Below the pieces are notes generated by a model. The model worked only from the letters and a program-made list of their open reading frames with translations. It did no database searches and was not told the origin of the DNA. Below, in pieces: positions 45,361 through 54,971 of a stretch of DNA of 58,951 bases. Each line of letters begins with the position of its first letter. Position 1 is the first letter of the stretch. Source of the DNA: a virus (Duplodnaviria; Caudoviricetes); the IMG/VR virus record IMGVR_UViG_3300031227_000044, positions 1 through 58,951 of that record; one strand, 5' to 3'. A program made the translations under genes and the position numbers.

Positions 45361-46593
45361 ATGCCTGATCCACAATACAGCCGTAGACAGCTATTCACGC
45401 ACTCGAACGTCCAGGCCTTTGAAGAGTGCCCCCAGCACTTCCGGTTCGAGTACCTGGACAAGCCCCCCGACGACATCGAGGACCGGGCTTCCGAGTACGC
45501 CCGTAGGGGGACTACGTTTCATGAAGCCGTGGCCAAGTACCTGAACGACCAAAGCGAAGAAAAGCTTCTTTGGGTGTGGACCTCTGGTAAAGAAGAAGCC
45601 TTTAGGCTCTCCCCCGCAGAAGACCAGGCTCCGCTGTTTGATTTATTCAAGACGTTCGAGGAGAAGTACGGCAATCCGCCCAACATTGCCACGGAGGACG
45701 CGGTCCTCGTCGGTGCTGAAGTCCCCTTCATGTTGGACGCTAAAGGCGCTCTCACGAAGGATATGGATGCCGCACGGGTGGCCGGCACCATCGATCTCCT
45801 GTACCGTGATGGCGACTCCCTGGTGGTCCAGGACTGGAAGACCGGCAACACGTTCGACATGGACACGCCCATCGAGTTGAACCACCAGATGCGCCTGTAC
45901 TGCTACGCTGCTGCGCTCATGTTCCCGGACGCACCGCTCATCAGGCCGATCATCGACTACATCCGGCTGGACGGAACGTATCCGGGTAAGCCCATCGACT
46001 TTCCCCGCGAGACCTTCACGGACACGACCTGGCCCTGGATGGCAGCGCGAACCAACCGTGTGAACGAGGCGATCCAGGAGAAGAAGTTCCCCGCCAGGCC
46101 CAACCAGAACTGCGGCTACTGCGTGGTACGGGACAAGTGCAAGACGTTCCAGAACGCTTTGGCCACATTGCCCGACGAGGCCAAGCTGGACCGCCCCGGG
46201 CAGGTACTGAAGTTGATCCACCTTTGCGACCAGGCCCAGGCACGGCTCAACGAGTACCGTGGCGCGATCCGGCAGTACGTCCAGGACCATGGCCCGATCA
46301 TCGACGAGGAGGCCAGCAAGGCTTTCAAGTTCGTGCCCAATCCCCGGTACGCCGCCGACACCGATACGGTCGTGAAGGCCCTGCTGTCCATGGGGCTGGA
46401 AAACGACGAAGGGAAGCTTGACGGCGCTGCTATCCGGTCAAAACTGAAAATCTCCAAGACCCTGGCCACATCCCTCGTGAAGAAGTACACGCCATCCAAA
46501 TCAGCAGAGCGCAAGGACGCCACGACCAAGATCATCAAGCTCTACGAGAAAACACAGGGCAACCCCAAGCTCACATGGGTCAAAGAGGGATAA
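45361..46593 (+). CDS. PD-(D/E)XK RecB-like exonuclease with Fe-S cysteines
   Basis: ECP...RGT.FH...GTIDLL...DWKTG...QMRLY...CGYC...KC. Confidence 0.9.
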   Translation: MPDPQYSRRQLFTHSNVQAFEECPQHFRFEYLDKPPDDIEDRASEYARRGTTFHEAVAKYLNDQSEEKLLWVWTSGKEEAFRLSPAEDQAPLFDLFKTFEEKYGNPPNIATEDAVLVGAEVPFMLDAKGALTKDMDAARVAGTIDLLYRDGDSLVVQDWKTGNTFDMDTPIELNHQMRLYCYAAALMFPDAPLIRPIIDYIRLDGTYPGKPIDFPRETFTDTTWPWMAARTNRVNEAIQEKKFPARPNQNCGYCVVRDKCKTFQNALATLPDEAKLDRPGQVLKLIHLCDQAQARLNEYRGAIRQYVQDHGPIIDEEASKAFKFVPNPRYAADTDTVVKALLSMGLENDEGKLDGAAIRSKLKISKTLATSLVKKYTPSKSAERKDATTKIIKLYEKTQGNPKLTWVKEG

Positions 46594-46597
46594 CGCA

Positions 46598-46987
46598 TTG
46601 GATTATTCAGACGTAACCCTCCTGGGCCGAATAGTAAAACAGCCGGAACTTCTGGTCACGCAATCGGGCAAGCACTACTGCGAATTTATCGTGGCCATAA
46701 ACAAGCGAACCATCTGGGCCGGCAAGGTGCACCACCGCGTTTCTTACGTGGACTGCACGGCATGGGAGCGGATAGCGATCAGCGTTTCAGAGCGCACGGC
46801 CAAGGGCTCACGGGTGTTCGTAAAGGGCCCGATAGAAACCTCGAACTACAAGCGGGACGACGGCTCTTACCACAAAAAAACGTGGGTGACGGCAGTGTTC
46901 TTTGTGGCTCTTGACGAAGTGGAAGAGGCAGAGGGCGATGGCGAACGCGAACCCAGAAGCACACTTGACGATGAATTTGGAGGATAA
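46598..46987 (+). CDS. ssb: Single-stranded DNA-binding protein
   Basis: VTLLGR...PEL...CTAW...KGSRVFVKG; acidic tail. Confidence 0.9.
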   Translation: MDYSDVTLLGRIVKQPELLVTQSGKHYCEFIVAINKRTIWAGKVHHRVSYVDCTAWERIAISVSERTAKGSRVFVKGPIETSNYKRDDGSYHKKTWVTAVFFVALDEVEEAEGDGEREPRSTLDDEFGG

Positions 46988-46988
46988 G

Positions 46989-47255
46989 ATGGCGAATGAA
47001 AAGGATGTAGGCGCAGTTGATCCCGAGAAAACCCAGGCCGAGCTTGACTTGGAAAAGCTCAAGATCGAGAACGCCAGGATGGATGAAGAGTGTACGATTC
47101 TCAGCAAGATGGTTGCGTTCGCCAGCCGGAAGCTGGATGTCGCCCAGGCGCAGACAGCTGAGGTATGTGAAAGGTGCCCCAAGATTGCCACAGATCAATG
47201 CGACGGCACCTGCCCCCTGTTCGTCGTTTCCGCCATCCTGCTGGACATCAAATGA
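46989..47255 (+). CDS. Hypothetical protein with Cys cluster
   Basis: GGAGG RBS; CERCP...CDGTCPL. Confidence 0.55.
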   Translation: MANEKDVGAVDPEKTQAELDLEKLKIENARMDEECTILSKMVAFASRKLDVAQAQTAEVCERCPKIATDQCDGTCPLFVVSAILLDIK

Positions 47256-47857
47256 AAGCCGTATCCTTCACCGTACCGGGTCCGTGCAAGGCCCATGCCC
47301 GTGGCAGGGCGGCACTGGGCGGCAGAGCGCGAATGGGCGAGAGAGACATCCAGGTTGCCAGAAGCGTTGTCCGCAGGCTCAGGGATGGCGGGACCGTTGA
47401 AGTAACCCCACGCCGCATAGACTTCTTCGAGAGATTCTTGGCCGATGCAGTACGGGGTCATGGAAGGCCGTTTGTCTACCCCGAGAAGGAGTCGGCCAAG
47501 TACGAGAAGGTGGTGGCCCAGTACGCCAATAACGCCATGGTCCGTGCTGAAATCTACAAGCCCATGGAGGGCCAGCTAATCGCCACCATCATGGTCTTCC
47601 GACTAATCCCGAAGAACACGCCGAAGTGGTTACGCGCCCTCATGCTGGATGGTGTCCTTCGGCCGATCATCAAGCCCGACATCGACAACCTTGAGAAGGG
47701 GATCCTGGATGCCATGAACGGCATCGTCTACAAGGACGACTGCCAGATCGTTGGGTGGGGCCCTGGACACGGCAAGTGGTACGACGATGGTGATGGCGTC
47801 AGGGTAGAGGTGTCCGTGGAAGAGATGTACACGCCAAGCCGGCAGGAGAAGTCATGA
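47252..47857 (+). CDS. rusA: RusA-family Holliday junction resolvase with internal insertion
   Basis: FTVPG...KPDIDNLEKGILDAMNGIVYKDDCQIV. Confidence 0.9.
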   Translation: MKAVSFTVPGPCKAHARGRAALGGRARMGERDIQVARSVVRRLRDGGTVEVTPRRIDFFERFLADAVRGHGRPFVYPEKESAKYEKVVAQYANNAMVRAEIYKPMEGQLIATIMVFRLIPKNTPKWLRALMLDGVLRPIIKPDIDNLEKGILDAMNGIVYKDDCQIVGWGPGHGKWYDDGDGVRVEVSVEEMYTPSRQEKS

Positions 47858-48066
47858 AGGAGCAAGGCGACGGTTGGATGATTCGGAGCCCCTTTGTGGG
47901 GGACATGGAGCACACATACAAAGATCACAGGAGTATTTGCATCGAACTTTTCGTGGTGAACTGGCCAAAATTCAAAAATGTTCCGACTGATCTAGCGTGG
48001 TGTCGCCTTAAATACCAAGGCTTCAAATGCGTCAAGGCTCACGTCGGGCCGGGATGGAGGGGATGA
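47854..48066 (+). CDS. Hypothetical protein
   Basis: ATGA coupling. Confidence 0.55.
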   Translation: MKEQGDGWMIRSPFVGDMEHTYKDHRSICIELFVVNWPKFKNVPTDLAWCRLKYQGFKCVKAHVGPGWRG

Positions 48067-48944
48067 TGAATCCATCAAAAATCTGTTGGGTAGCCAAAGC
48101 CCCCGGTGGTCCAGGGTTCACCTGGAATCCCGTTACGGGTTGCAACCACGGTTGCCCGTTCTGCTATGCCCGGGCCTTTGCAATGCGCAAAATGGGTAGG
48201 TATAAACAGACCGGGTTCAACCCCACGTTCCACTCGGACCGCTTGGGTGAGCCGGCCAAGGTGAAAAGGCCGAGCTTCGTTTTCCTGGGGTCCATGGCCG
48301 GATTATTTGAAGCGGAAAACGTTCTATGGAAGTGGTATGATCACGAAAGCAATTATCGGCATTTTCATTATCAGGGAAAGCCGATCCTCACTCAGCATGA
48401 AATATATAAAGACATCCTCGACGCCATCGAGGCCGCCCCGCAGCACACGTTTGTTGTCCTGACAAAAGGCCCAGCGACCGCGAAGCGGATTATCAAGGAC
48501 GTCGGCCGGCCGCTGCCCCCGAACTTTATTCTTGGGGTGTCGGTCGAGGATCAGGCGACAGCAGATGAACGGATACCCGCCCTGCTGTCCATCCCGGGAC
48601 TTGCAAAAAGAGTTGTCAGTTACGAGCCTGCATTGGGGCCGGTGGACTTTGAATCCATTGCAGACCCCGTAAAAAAATATCGGTCTGCTTTTTCCTTTGC
48701 CGATCCATCCGGCATGGGAAACGGCCCATCCGTACCAAGAGACGCTATGCCAGGTATCGACTGGTTAATCATCGGCCCACAATCCGGCCGTGGTGCTGTG
48801 CCGACCAATCCCCAGTGGGTAGGGGATGCCGTGACACAAGCAAGGTGGAACGGGGTGCCCGTATGGGTCAAGGACGCGATGCCACCGCGCAAAACAGGAA
48901 TGTGGCCGCAAGAGCATCTGTGGAAAGGAGCCAACCGTGGATAA
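48063..48944 (+). CDS. DUF5131 (Gp37/Gp68) radical-SAM-like protein
   Basis: TWNPVTGCNHGCPFCYA, LTK, GVSVEDQ, SYEPALG. Confidence 0.9.
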   Translation: MMNPSKICWVAKAPGGPGFTWNPVTGCNHGCPFCYARAFAMRKMGRYKQTGFNPTFHSDRLGEPAKVKRPSFVFLGSMAGLFEAENVLWKWYDHESNYRHFHYQGKPILTQHEIYKDILDAIEAAPQHTFVVLTKGPATAKRIIKDVGRPLPPNFILGVSVEDQATADERIPALLSIPGLAKRVVSYEPALGPVDFESIADPVKKYRSAFSFADPSGMGNGPSVPRDAMPGIDWLIIGPQSGRGAVPTNPQWVGDAVTQARWNGVPVWVKDAMPPRKTGMWPQEHLWKGANRG

Positions 48945-49194
48945 AAAAGCCGACCAACCTGTTGACGCCACCGGAAAGGTCCCGTGCCCGCTTTGCAATG
49001 CCCCGATGGATGCAAACACAACATTCCGGGTTAGACTTCCTGCGATCAACGCCGCTGGCCCGGAATTGTTGGAAGCTTGCAAGACCGCGCGGGATTGGCA
49101 CAGCGTGGATGGCGACCACATAAGAGGCCCGGTACGGCAACAGCTTATTGACGCGATCAACGCCGCCGAACCTAAGCCGACCGATGAAACCTGA
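48937..49194 (+). CDS. Hypothetical protein
   Basis: CPLC; AAGPELLEAC motif common in phage proteins. Confidence 0.55.
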   Translation: MDKKADQPVDATGKVPCPLCNAPMDANTTFRVRLPAINAAGPELLEACKTARDWHSVDGDHIRGPVRQQLIDAINAAEPKPTDET

Positions 49195-49846
49195 AAAGCA
49201 AACCGGGATCATGTTCAAACCCGAAAACATCGGCAAGCTTCCGTGGAAGGGCGGCGACGGTAGCAAGACGCAGACGCGGCGGATTATCAAGACGAAGCCG
49301 TATGGAAACTTTGTTGATATAAAAACCGATCTTGGGTACCCGGCAAGCAAGGGCAAGCTGTGGGCGGGCTTTGGCAACCCCCTCGACCCATCATATATCA
49401 AGAGCCCATACGGCGAACCTGGCGATCTTCTGTACCTCAAGGAAAAACTATGGGACAGCAGGCGCGGAGTGGCCACCTATGCTTCGGACGGCTTGCCCGT
49501 CATGGTCAACGGAGAATCGCTTGACTGGCGTTGGAGCCGAAACACCCTATCCCCCATGTTCATGCCGAAAAAAGCCGCCCGTATTTGGTTTGAAATCGTA
49601 TCCGTTCGGGTCGAAAGAATCCAGGACATAACAGAGGAAGATGCGCGGGCGGAAGGTATGGAGCCGCTACCATCGCACGGTGCCTGGTGCGATCCTGCAA
49701 AAGGACGCGAGGGCCATTGGAGCTACCGCAGGGCGCTGTCCGCTAAATGGAACGAGATCAACGGCAAGCGCGGTTACGCCTGGGATGATAACCCGTGGGT
49801 GTGGGTGCTGACATTTAAACAGGCCGAAAGGCCGGGGAGTGAATGA
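49184..49846 (+). CDS. ASCH/PUA-like phage protein
   Basis: KTQTRRIIK...PYGEPGDLLYLKE...MPKKAARI...ERIQDITEEDARAEG...NPWVWV. Confidence 0.85.
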   Translation: MKPEKQTGIMFKPENIGKLPWKGGDGSKTQTRRIIKTKPYGNFVDIKTDLGYPASKGKLWAGFGNPLDPSYIKSPYGEPGDLLYLKEKLWDSRRGVATYASDGLPVMVNGESLDWRWSRNTLSPMFMPKKAARIWFEIVSVRVERIQDITEEDARAEGMEPLPSHGAWCDPAKGREGHWSYRRALSAKWNEINGKRGYAWDDNPWVWVLTFKQAERPGSE

Positions 49847-50111
49847 TATGAGCATACCAGCATACGGTTACTGGCCGGACGACGTGAGGCAGGAAGCTGT
49901 CAATGCGGGAGAAGAAACCCATTGGAGGGATAGGTTTGCCAAAGAATGCAGTGGCTTTATCAACATGACGTTCTGGCCCATGAAGGGTCATGATGTTATT
50001 ACGGAAGAAGCGGCCAGGACAGTGGTTGAGATGGTATGCAAAATCAAGAGAGAAAATAGAGAACTAGCCACAACACAAAACACCGACGCCGAACCGGAGG
50101 ACACCCCATGA
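49839..50111 (+). CDS. Hypothetical protein
   Basis: Coupled ORF. Confidence 0.5.
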   Translation: MNDMSIPAYGYWPDDVRQEAVNAGEETHWRDRFAKECSGFINMTFWPMKGHDVITEEAARTVVEMVCKIKRENRELATTQNTDAEPEDTP

Positions 50112-50512
50112 GCGACCCAATGACACCCGAACGACTTGAGGCGATCAGGGATCGGTGCGAAAAAGCACAAAAGGGCTTTCACGTTGTTCGTACATCTATG
50201 TTGAACGAATTATTGTTAGTGTCCGAACAGCGGTCAATCCAAATGCCGAAAAACGACGCCATCTTTTTTGCCAACGCCTGGACCGACATCCCCCTACTCC
50301 TTGCCGAGGTGGCCCGGCTCAAGGCTTTTGCCAAAAGCGAATACTTCCTGGGAGCTAATGAAGGCGCGGTACGGCAATCTGATCATGACAAAATTGACTT
50401 TAAAAAATACCAGGCCAAAATCGACCGGCTCACGGTCGAAAACCAGGCGCTCAAGGATGCGATTGCAGCGCTCAAGGTTGTCAACTTAAAAGACGATGGG
50501 GGGTTGTCATGA
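50108..50512 (+). CDS. Hypothetical phage protein
   Basis: MTPERLEAIR...DAIFFANAWTDIPLLLAEVARL motif. Confidence 0.65.
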   Translation: MSDPMTPERLEAIRDRCEKAQKGFHVVRTSMLNELLLVSEQRSIQMPKNDAIFFANAWTDIPLLLAEVARLKAFAKSEYFLGANEGAVRQSDHDKIDFKKYQAKIDRLTVENQALKDAIAALKVVNLKDDGGLS

Positions 50513-50901
50513 GCGACCCAATTAGACTTTCCACTGAGGTCTGGGAGAGTATTTTTGCCAAGTGGAGAAGAGATCTGCTTTGCCATCCTGGGAAAATAGT
50601 CATTTCGCCAGAGGGGCTTGATCGGCTGTATGAACACAACGCCGCGCTCCTATCCGAAGTGGACCGGCTCACGAAAGAATCGGAAAAGCTAAAGGATGCC
50701 AACAAAAAGCAGCCTCAAATTTGCGCCTTTTGCGGGGAAGAGGATGCCACTCTCCATTGCGAGCATTGCGATAAGCACTTTTGCTCACAATGCGATACCA
50801 CACCCCAGCCGTGGACGGACGTTGACCTGTGCCCGGAATGCTGCAAAGCGGAACTGGCCGGCCGAAAGAAAATGGCAACACAAAATACCCCCAAGCCATG
50901 A
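50509..50901 (+). CDS. Protein with B-box-like zinc finger
   Basis: CAFCGEEDATLHCEHCDKHFCSQCD...CPEC. Confidence 0.6.
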   Translation: MSDPIRLSTEVWESIFAKWRRDLLCHPGKIVISPEGLDRLYEHNAALLSEVDRLTKESEKLKDANKKQPQICAFCGEEDATLHCEHCDKHFCSQCDTTPQPWTDVDLCPECCKAELAGRKKMATQNTPKP

Positions 50902-51125
50902 GCCACCCCGTAAGCCACGGAAGGCCTTGGCCCATGCAGAGACATGCCAAGCGCAACATTGTCGCCCTGTTGGCCATCCTCGTGCTCTACGCAGCCTTTC
51001 TGGTGGTGGCTGCTACGTGTGAAATCTCAAGTGACAACGAACTGGGCTACTGGTACGAAGATCAGCATAACTTATCGGCATGGGCCGTTTACCAACAGAA
51101 GGAGACGAAAGATGCTCGGAAATGA
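50898..51125 (+). CDS. Small membrane protein
   Basis: IVALLAILVLYAAFLVVAA. Confidence 0.5.
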   Translation: MSHPVSHGRPWPMQRHAKRNIVALLAILVLYAAFLVVAATCEISSDNELGYWYEDQHNLSAWAVYQQKETKDARK

Positions 51126-52083
51126 TCGCTTGGAAAAGATGCTGGAAAATGCGGGGGCCACGCCCAAGCAGGTTGAAACAGTCATGGAGGACTATTCCGC
51201 AGCCTGCGCCCGGATCGACGCCGCCACCCCGATGGTGGACGTGACGGTGGGGAAGATGGTGGTCACGGAAGACAAGATCAAGTTGGACGTGACGTGCCCC
51301 AACACCGACGCCAACTACTCCATGCTCAGGCGGATCACTGGCGCGGCCAGGCTCGTTCGGATCCAGACCGACTTCATTACCGTGGGCGAAGGCAAGAAGA
51401 AGGCCGGGGGCGAAGGCCAACCGGAACTTCCCACCAACAAGGAACCCGAGGTGCCGACCGAGGCCCCACCCGTGGAGCCCAAGGTCGAAGCCTACACGGG
51501 ACCCATTTGCAGCAAGAGGCGTGCGCTCCTGCCCGAGGCCAAGGGAACGGTGGCGGTACGCTACAACGGCCCGGAACTCACGCTTGATACCACCAGCGGC
51601 GTGTTTGTCTTTGCCGACAACAACGAGTTCGCGGTCCAAAAGCTGACCAGTAAGACCTTTGAAGTCCTCCAGTGCGACAAGGACGACAACAACCCGGACT
51701 CTCCCCCGAGAACAGTACGGATCCCCAAGGAGCGTAGAGAGTCCTTCACGGCTATCCCGGACCCCAGTTTGGCCACATACCAAGATCCCACGGCCGAGGA
51801 GCCTGAGCCCCCTGAGCCCGAGACCAAGCCCATCGACAAGAAGCCGTCCCAGAAGGCAAAGATCGACCTCATCTACAACATCGGCCAGGCCAAGATCGAC
51901 TTGCCAGAGGGAACCTTCATGCCCTTCACGAAGTTCCGGGTGGTGGAGATGAACGCCGATGGCCAGATTGTCATCCGGGAGATCCCGGACGTTTCCACAG
52001 GAGAACCGATCACCCAGGGAGATGGCGTCCCGTTCCCGATGAGCACGGAACTGTTCGACGAACTCTTTGCCAACAACGACTGA
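51112..52083 (+). CDS. Hypothetical multi-domain protein
   Basis: AGGAG RBS; Pro/Glu-rich linkers. Confidence 0.7.
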   Translation: MLGNDRLEKMLENAGATPKQVETVMEDYSAACARIDAATPMVDVTVGKMVVTEDKIKLDVTCPNTDANYSMLRRITGAARLVRIQTDFITVGEGKKKAGGEGQPELPTNKEPEVPTEAPPVEPKVEAYTGPICSKRRALLPEAKGTVAVRYNGPELTLDTTSGVFVFADNNEFAVQKLTSKTFEVLQCDKDDNNPDSPPRTVRIPKERRESFTAIPDPSLATYQDPTAEEPEPPEPETKPIDKKPSQKAKIDLIYNIGQAKIDLPEGTFMPFTKFRVVEMNADGQIVIREIPDVSTGEPITQGDGVPFPMSTELFDELFANND

Positions 52084-52105
52084 CATGCGACAACGGGGTT
52101 GATCG

Positions 52106-52849
52106 ATGCCTAGAAGCGGCATGTTAGTTGATATCGACAAGGCACTGGCGGACAGGCGCCTTCAGCGGGCCGGATCCTCGGCAACGGGGGTCTGGTTCCG
52201 CTGCCTGCTTTTCATGTTCGCCGGGGGCAGGCGTGGATCATGGACCGGATCGGAAAGGGAAATGCTCGACACCCTTTCGGTGGACCGCTCTGAATGGAAC
52301 GACTTCGTACACCAGATACAAGAGTACGGGTTCGGCCAATTCGTCCAGAAGGGCAAGGTCGTGACGATGACGGCGCCCCTGGAGATCATCATGGAGGCAC
52401 CGCCTGGGTCATTGCCAGCCCAAGACGGCCTCTCACTGGGCCTGGAGCCCGGCGAGGACCCAGAGGCAGTCAAGAGACTCAAACCGCCCTACAAGGCCAT
52501 CATGGAGCTTTGGAACAAGCTTTGTGCCAACCCAAGTGTCGGGCTACCCAAGTGCCTTAAGATTTCCGGCACGAGAAGCGATCACGTCAGAGCCCGGTGG
52601 AGAGAAAACCCGGACATCGTGTGGTGGAGGGAACTCTTCACCAAGATATCCCTGAGTTCGTTCCTCACTGGGAAGAAGAAGACCGCGAGGGGATACTTCC
52701 GGGCGTCGTTTGACTTTGCCACAGACCCATCCAAGACCATACGCATCTTAGAAGGAGCGTACGATGACCGACCAGGACAAAACGGAAACGGTGGAGGGAC
52801 GAGATCAATCGAGGACCAGCCAGGTGGAAAGAATTACACCTACGATTGA
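52106..52849 (+). CDS. Replication initiator protein
   Basis: N-terminal ATGVWFRCLLFM; C-terminal WNKLC...SSFLTG...ASFDF...ILEGAYD; directly upstream of DnaC-like gene. Confidence 0.75.
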   Translation: MPRSGMLVDIDKALADRRLQRAGSSATGVWFRCLLFMFAGGRRGSWTGSEREMLDTLSVDRSEWNDFVHQIQEYGFGQFVQKGKVVTMTAPLEIIMEAPPGSLPAQDGLSLGLEPGEDPEAVKRLKPPYKAIMELWNKLCANPSVGLPKCLKISGTRSDHVRARWRENPDIVWWRELFTKISLSSFLTGKKKTARGYFRASFDFATDPSKTIRILEGAYDDRPGQNGNGGGTRSIEDQPGGKNYTYD

Positions 52850-53657
52850 CAACCAGCCCGACACCCCCAAGCCCGCCCCGGCCTTTTGCCCGAAGCACGG
52901 AACCGTCCTGGCCCCTATGTGGACGGGCGTTCTTAACCAGATGCTCCCCAACACCATGAAGCAGTACGGGGAAATGGGTAAGGCCAAGTGGGTGCATGAG
53001 CTTTGCCCAGAATGCGAGAGGGAAAGGAGCGTAAGCGATCTAAAGACCAGGCAGAGGAAGGCGCGGATCGCCCAGACATCCCCGTTCGGAGAGAAGTTCG
53101 ACGACGCCACGTTTGAAAACTACACCTGCAAAACGGATGCGATGAAGAAGGTCAGGAATGAAGTCAGGTCCTGCGTCAGCACGGCCATCAGCGGAGAGCC
53201 ACCAGCCCCGAGAAACGTGCTGTTCCTTTGTGGCAACACCGGGACGGGCAAGACCCACTTGATGGAGTCGGCCTTCAAGCAGATGGCTGAAGCCCAGTGC
53301 CGGGTGCTGGCCTTTGAGCGTACGGCCATCATTCACCAGATGAAGACTCACATGAGCATCAGCCAAGAGAGCGGCATCGCCGGGTACGCAAAGCAAATCT
53401 GCTCCACACCACTTCTTCTGCTGGACGACTTTGAGCCCAGGCATTGGGATGACCAGTCGCAGGCAGATCGTGAGATCATCTTCGAGTTGTTCAACACGAT
53501 CTACAAGATGCGTACCCGCACGATCATCACGTCGAACATCAAGGAGTCTGACTTCAAGAGCAGGATCGGGAAGCCGGCCGCATCACGCTTTACCGAGATG
53601 AGGGAAAAGATCATCATGTCCTGGGGAGACAAACGAGAAGAAAAGAGGTTGATATGA
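52764..53657 (+). CDS. DnaC/IstB-like helicase loader ATPase
   Basis: ATFENY, GNTGTGKTHL, LLLLDD, IITSN. Confidence 0.9.
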   Translation: MTDQDKTETVEGRDQSRTSQVERITPTIDNQPDTPKPAPAFCPKHGTVLAPMWTGVLNQMLPNTMKQYGEMGKAKWVHELCPECERERSVSDLKTRQRKARIAQTSPFGEKFDDATFENYTCKTDAMKKVRNEVRSCVSTAISGEPPAPRNVLFLCGNTGTGKTHLMESAFKQMAEAQCRVLAFERTAIIHQMKTHMSISQESGIAGYAKQICSTPLLLLDDFEPRHWDDQSQADREIIFELFNTIYKMRTRTIITSNIKESDFKSRIGKPAASRFTEMREKIIMSWGDKREEKRLI

Positions 53658-53875
53658 GCGACGACAAACCGAGAACCGGCAAGTGGGCCCACACAGAGTT
53701 CAACGTGATCGAGGATCTACCTGGTGGGGCCATCTTCATCTACAATGACCAGCGATGCTTCAAGGGGTTGACCAAGCGCAAGTGCTTCACGCTGAACGAC
53801 CATGAGGAGGTCGTCATCCCGGCAGGGGAACGGGTCGAAGTGCCGGCGAAGAAGGAGCATGACCATGGACGATGA
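53654..53875 (+). CDS. Hypothetical protein
   Basis: ATGA coupling, GAGG RBS. Confidence 0.55.
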   Translation: MSDDKPRTGKWAHTEFNVIEDLPGGAIFIYNDQRCFKGLTKRKCFTLNDHEEVVIPAGERVEVPAKKEHDHGR

Positions 53876-54083
53876 AAGCGCAGGACAGGCAGCGGAAAGG
53901 GGCATCATGGAACACCTGGCCTACGATAAAGAGAAGGGCTACCAGACCAATTGGGACTTCGTGCGGCTGGACGTTGTTAGCTATTTGTGGGAGATGCACG
54001 AATTGTTTATGGGCGATGCGATCAAGGTCTACGGGAAAGCGAAAAGGAAACACGAATCAGTCCTTGATCCAACCACGACTTAG
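53865..54083 (+). CDS. Hypothetical protein
   Basis: AGGAG RBS; last plus-strand gene before the convergent cluster. Confidence 0.5.
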   Translation: MDDESAGQAAERGIMEHLAYDKEKGYQTNWDFVRLDVVSYLWEMHELFMGDAIKVYGKAKRKHESVLDPTTT

Positions 54084-54971
54084 GTAGTCTGCAATCGTCT
54101 TGGTCAGTCCACTACGAAGGTCAGTCTTGGGCGTCCAGTCCAGTTCTTCCTCTGCCGTCACGAAGTCCATGCACGACAGCGGGTTTCCGCCCGACTCAGA
54201 AGAGTAATGCAGAACCTCGATTTTGTCCGTGACCAATTCTTCGATCATCGACCACAACTTGTTGACGGACGTGGCAATGCTGGTCGAGACATTCACGGTT
54301 TTCCCGTCCCCTACTTTCCCGGCCATCCGGAACGCCAACACAACGTCATCCACGTATACGAAGTCCCGCTGCTGTTCGCCCGATCCCTTGATGGCCGCAG
54401 CCCGTCCCTCCAGTGCAGCCTTCAGGAAAGACCCCACCACGGCCTTAGGCTTCCACTGGTGCCCATATACGTTGCTGAGCCGTATGATCGTAGCCCGAAG
54501 GCCCTTCTGCTCATACAGGCGAATGTACTCCTCACTCGCGGACTTCGTGATGCCATAGGCGCTTCTCCACGGCGCCTCTTGAGGACTCCACCGGTCTTGC
54601 GGAAGACTGTACATGGCCCCGGTGCCGGCGAAGACCAGCTTGGCTCCACAGGCCAGGCAGGAACCAGCCGTCGCCACGGTCGCCTCGATGTTCGACTGGA
54701 TCCCCTTCCGCAGGATATCGAGGTCAAGCGAAGAGGCTATCCCGGATTCAGCGGCCAAATGAAAAACCACATCCGGGTTGAACTCCCGAATTGCTCTCTG
54801 GGCCTCCGGGGTTTCCAGTCTCGCTTGAATATGGTTGGACCACGGCCTTGGAAAAGGAAGGGGCAGGAGGTCCACCGTGAGAACATGGTGGGCTTCTTGT
54901 TCCAGGCTTGCGGCCAGGTGTCCCCCGATGAACCCTGCCGCCCCTGTTACCACGGCCTTCATAGACGCCAC
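54057..54971 (-). CDS. NAD-dependent nucleotide-sugar epimerase/dehydratase (GalE-like extended SDR)
   Basis: VTGAAGFIG, HLAA, YGITK (YxxxK), NVYG, RDFVYVDD. Confidence 0.92.
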   Translation of the reverse strand: MASMKAVVTGAAGFIGGHLAASLEQEAHHVLTVDLLPLPFPRPWSNHIQARLETPEAQRAIREFNPDVVFHLAAESGIASSLDLDILRKGIQSNIEATVATAGSCLACGAKLVFAGTGAMYSLPQDRWSPQEAPWRSAYGITKSASEEYIRLYEQKGLRATIIRLSNVYGHQWKPKAVVGSFLKAALEGRAAAIKGSGEQQRDFVYVDDVVLAFRMAGKVGDGKTVNVSTSIATSVNKLWSMIEELVTDKIEVLHYSSESGGNPLSCMDFVTAEEELDWTPKTDLRSGLTKTIADYLSRGWIKD

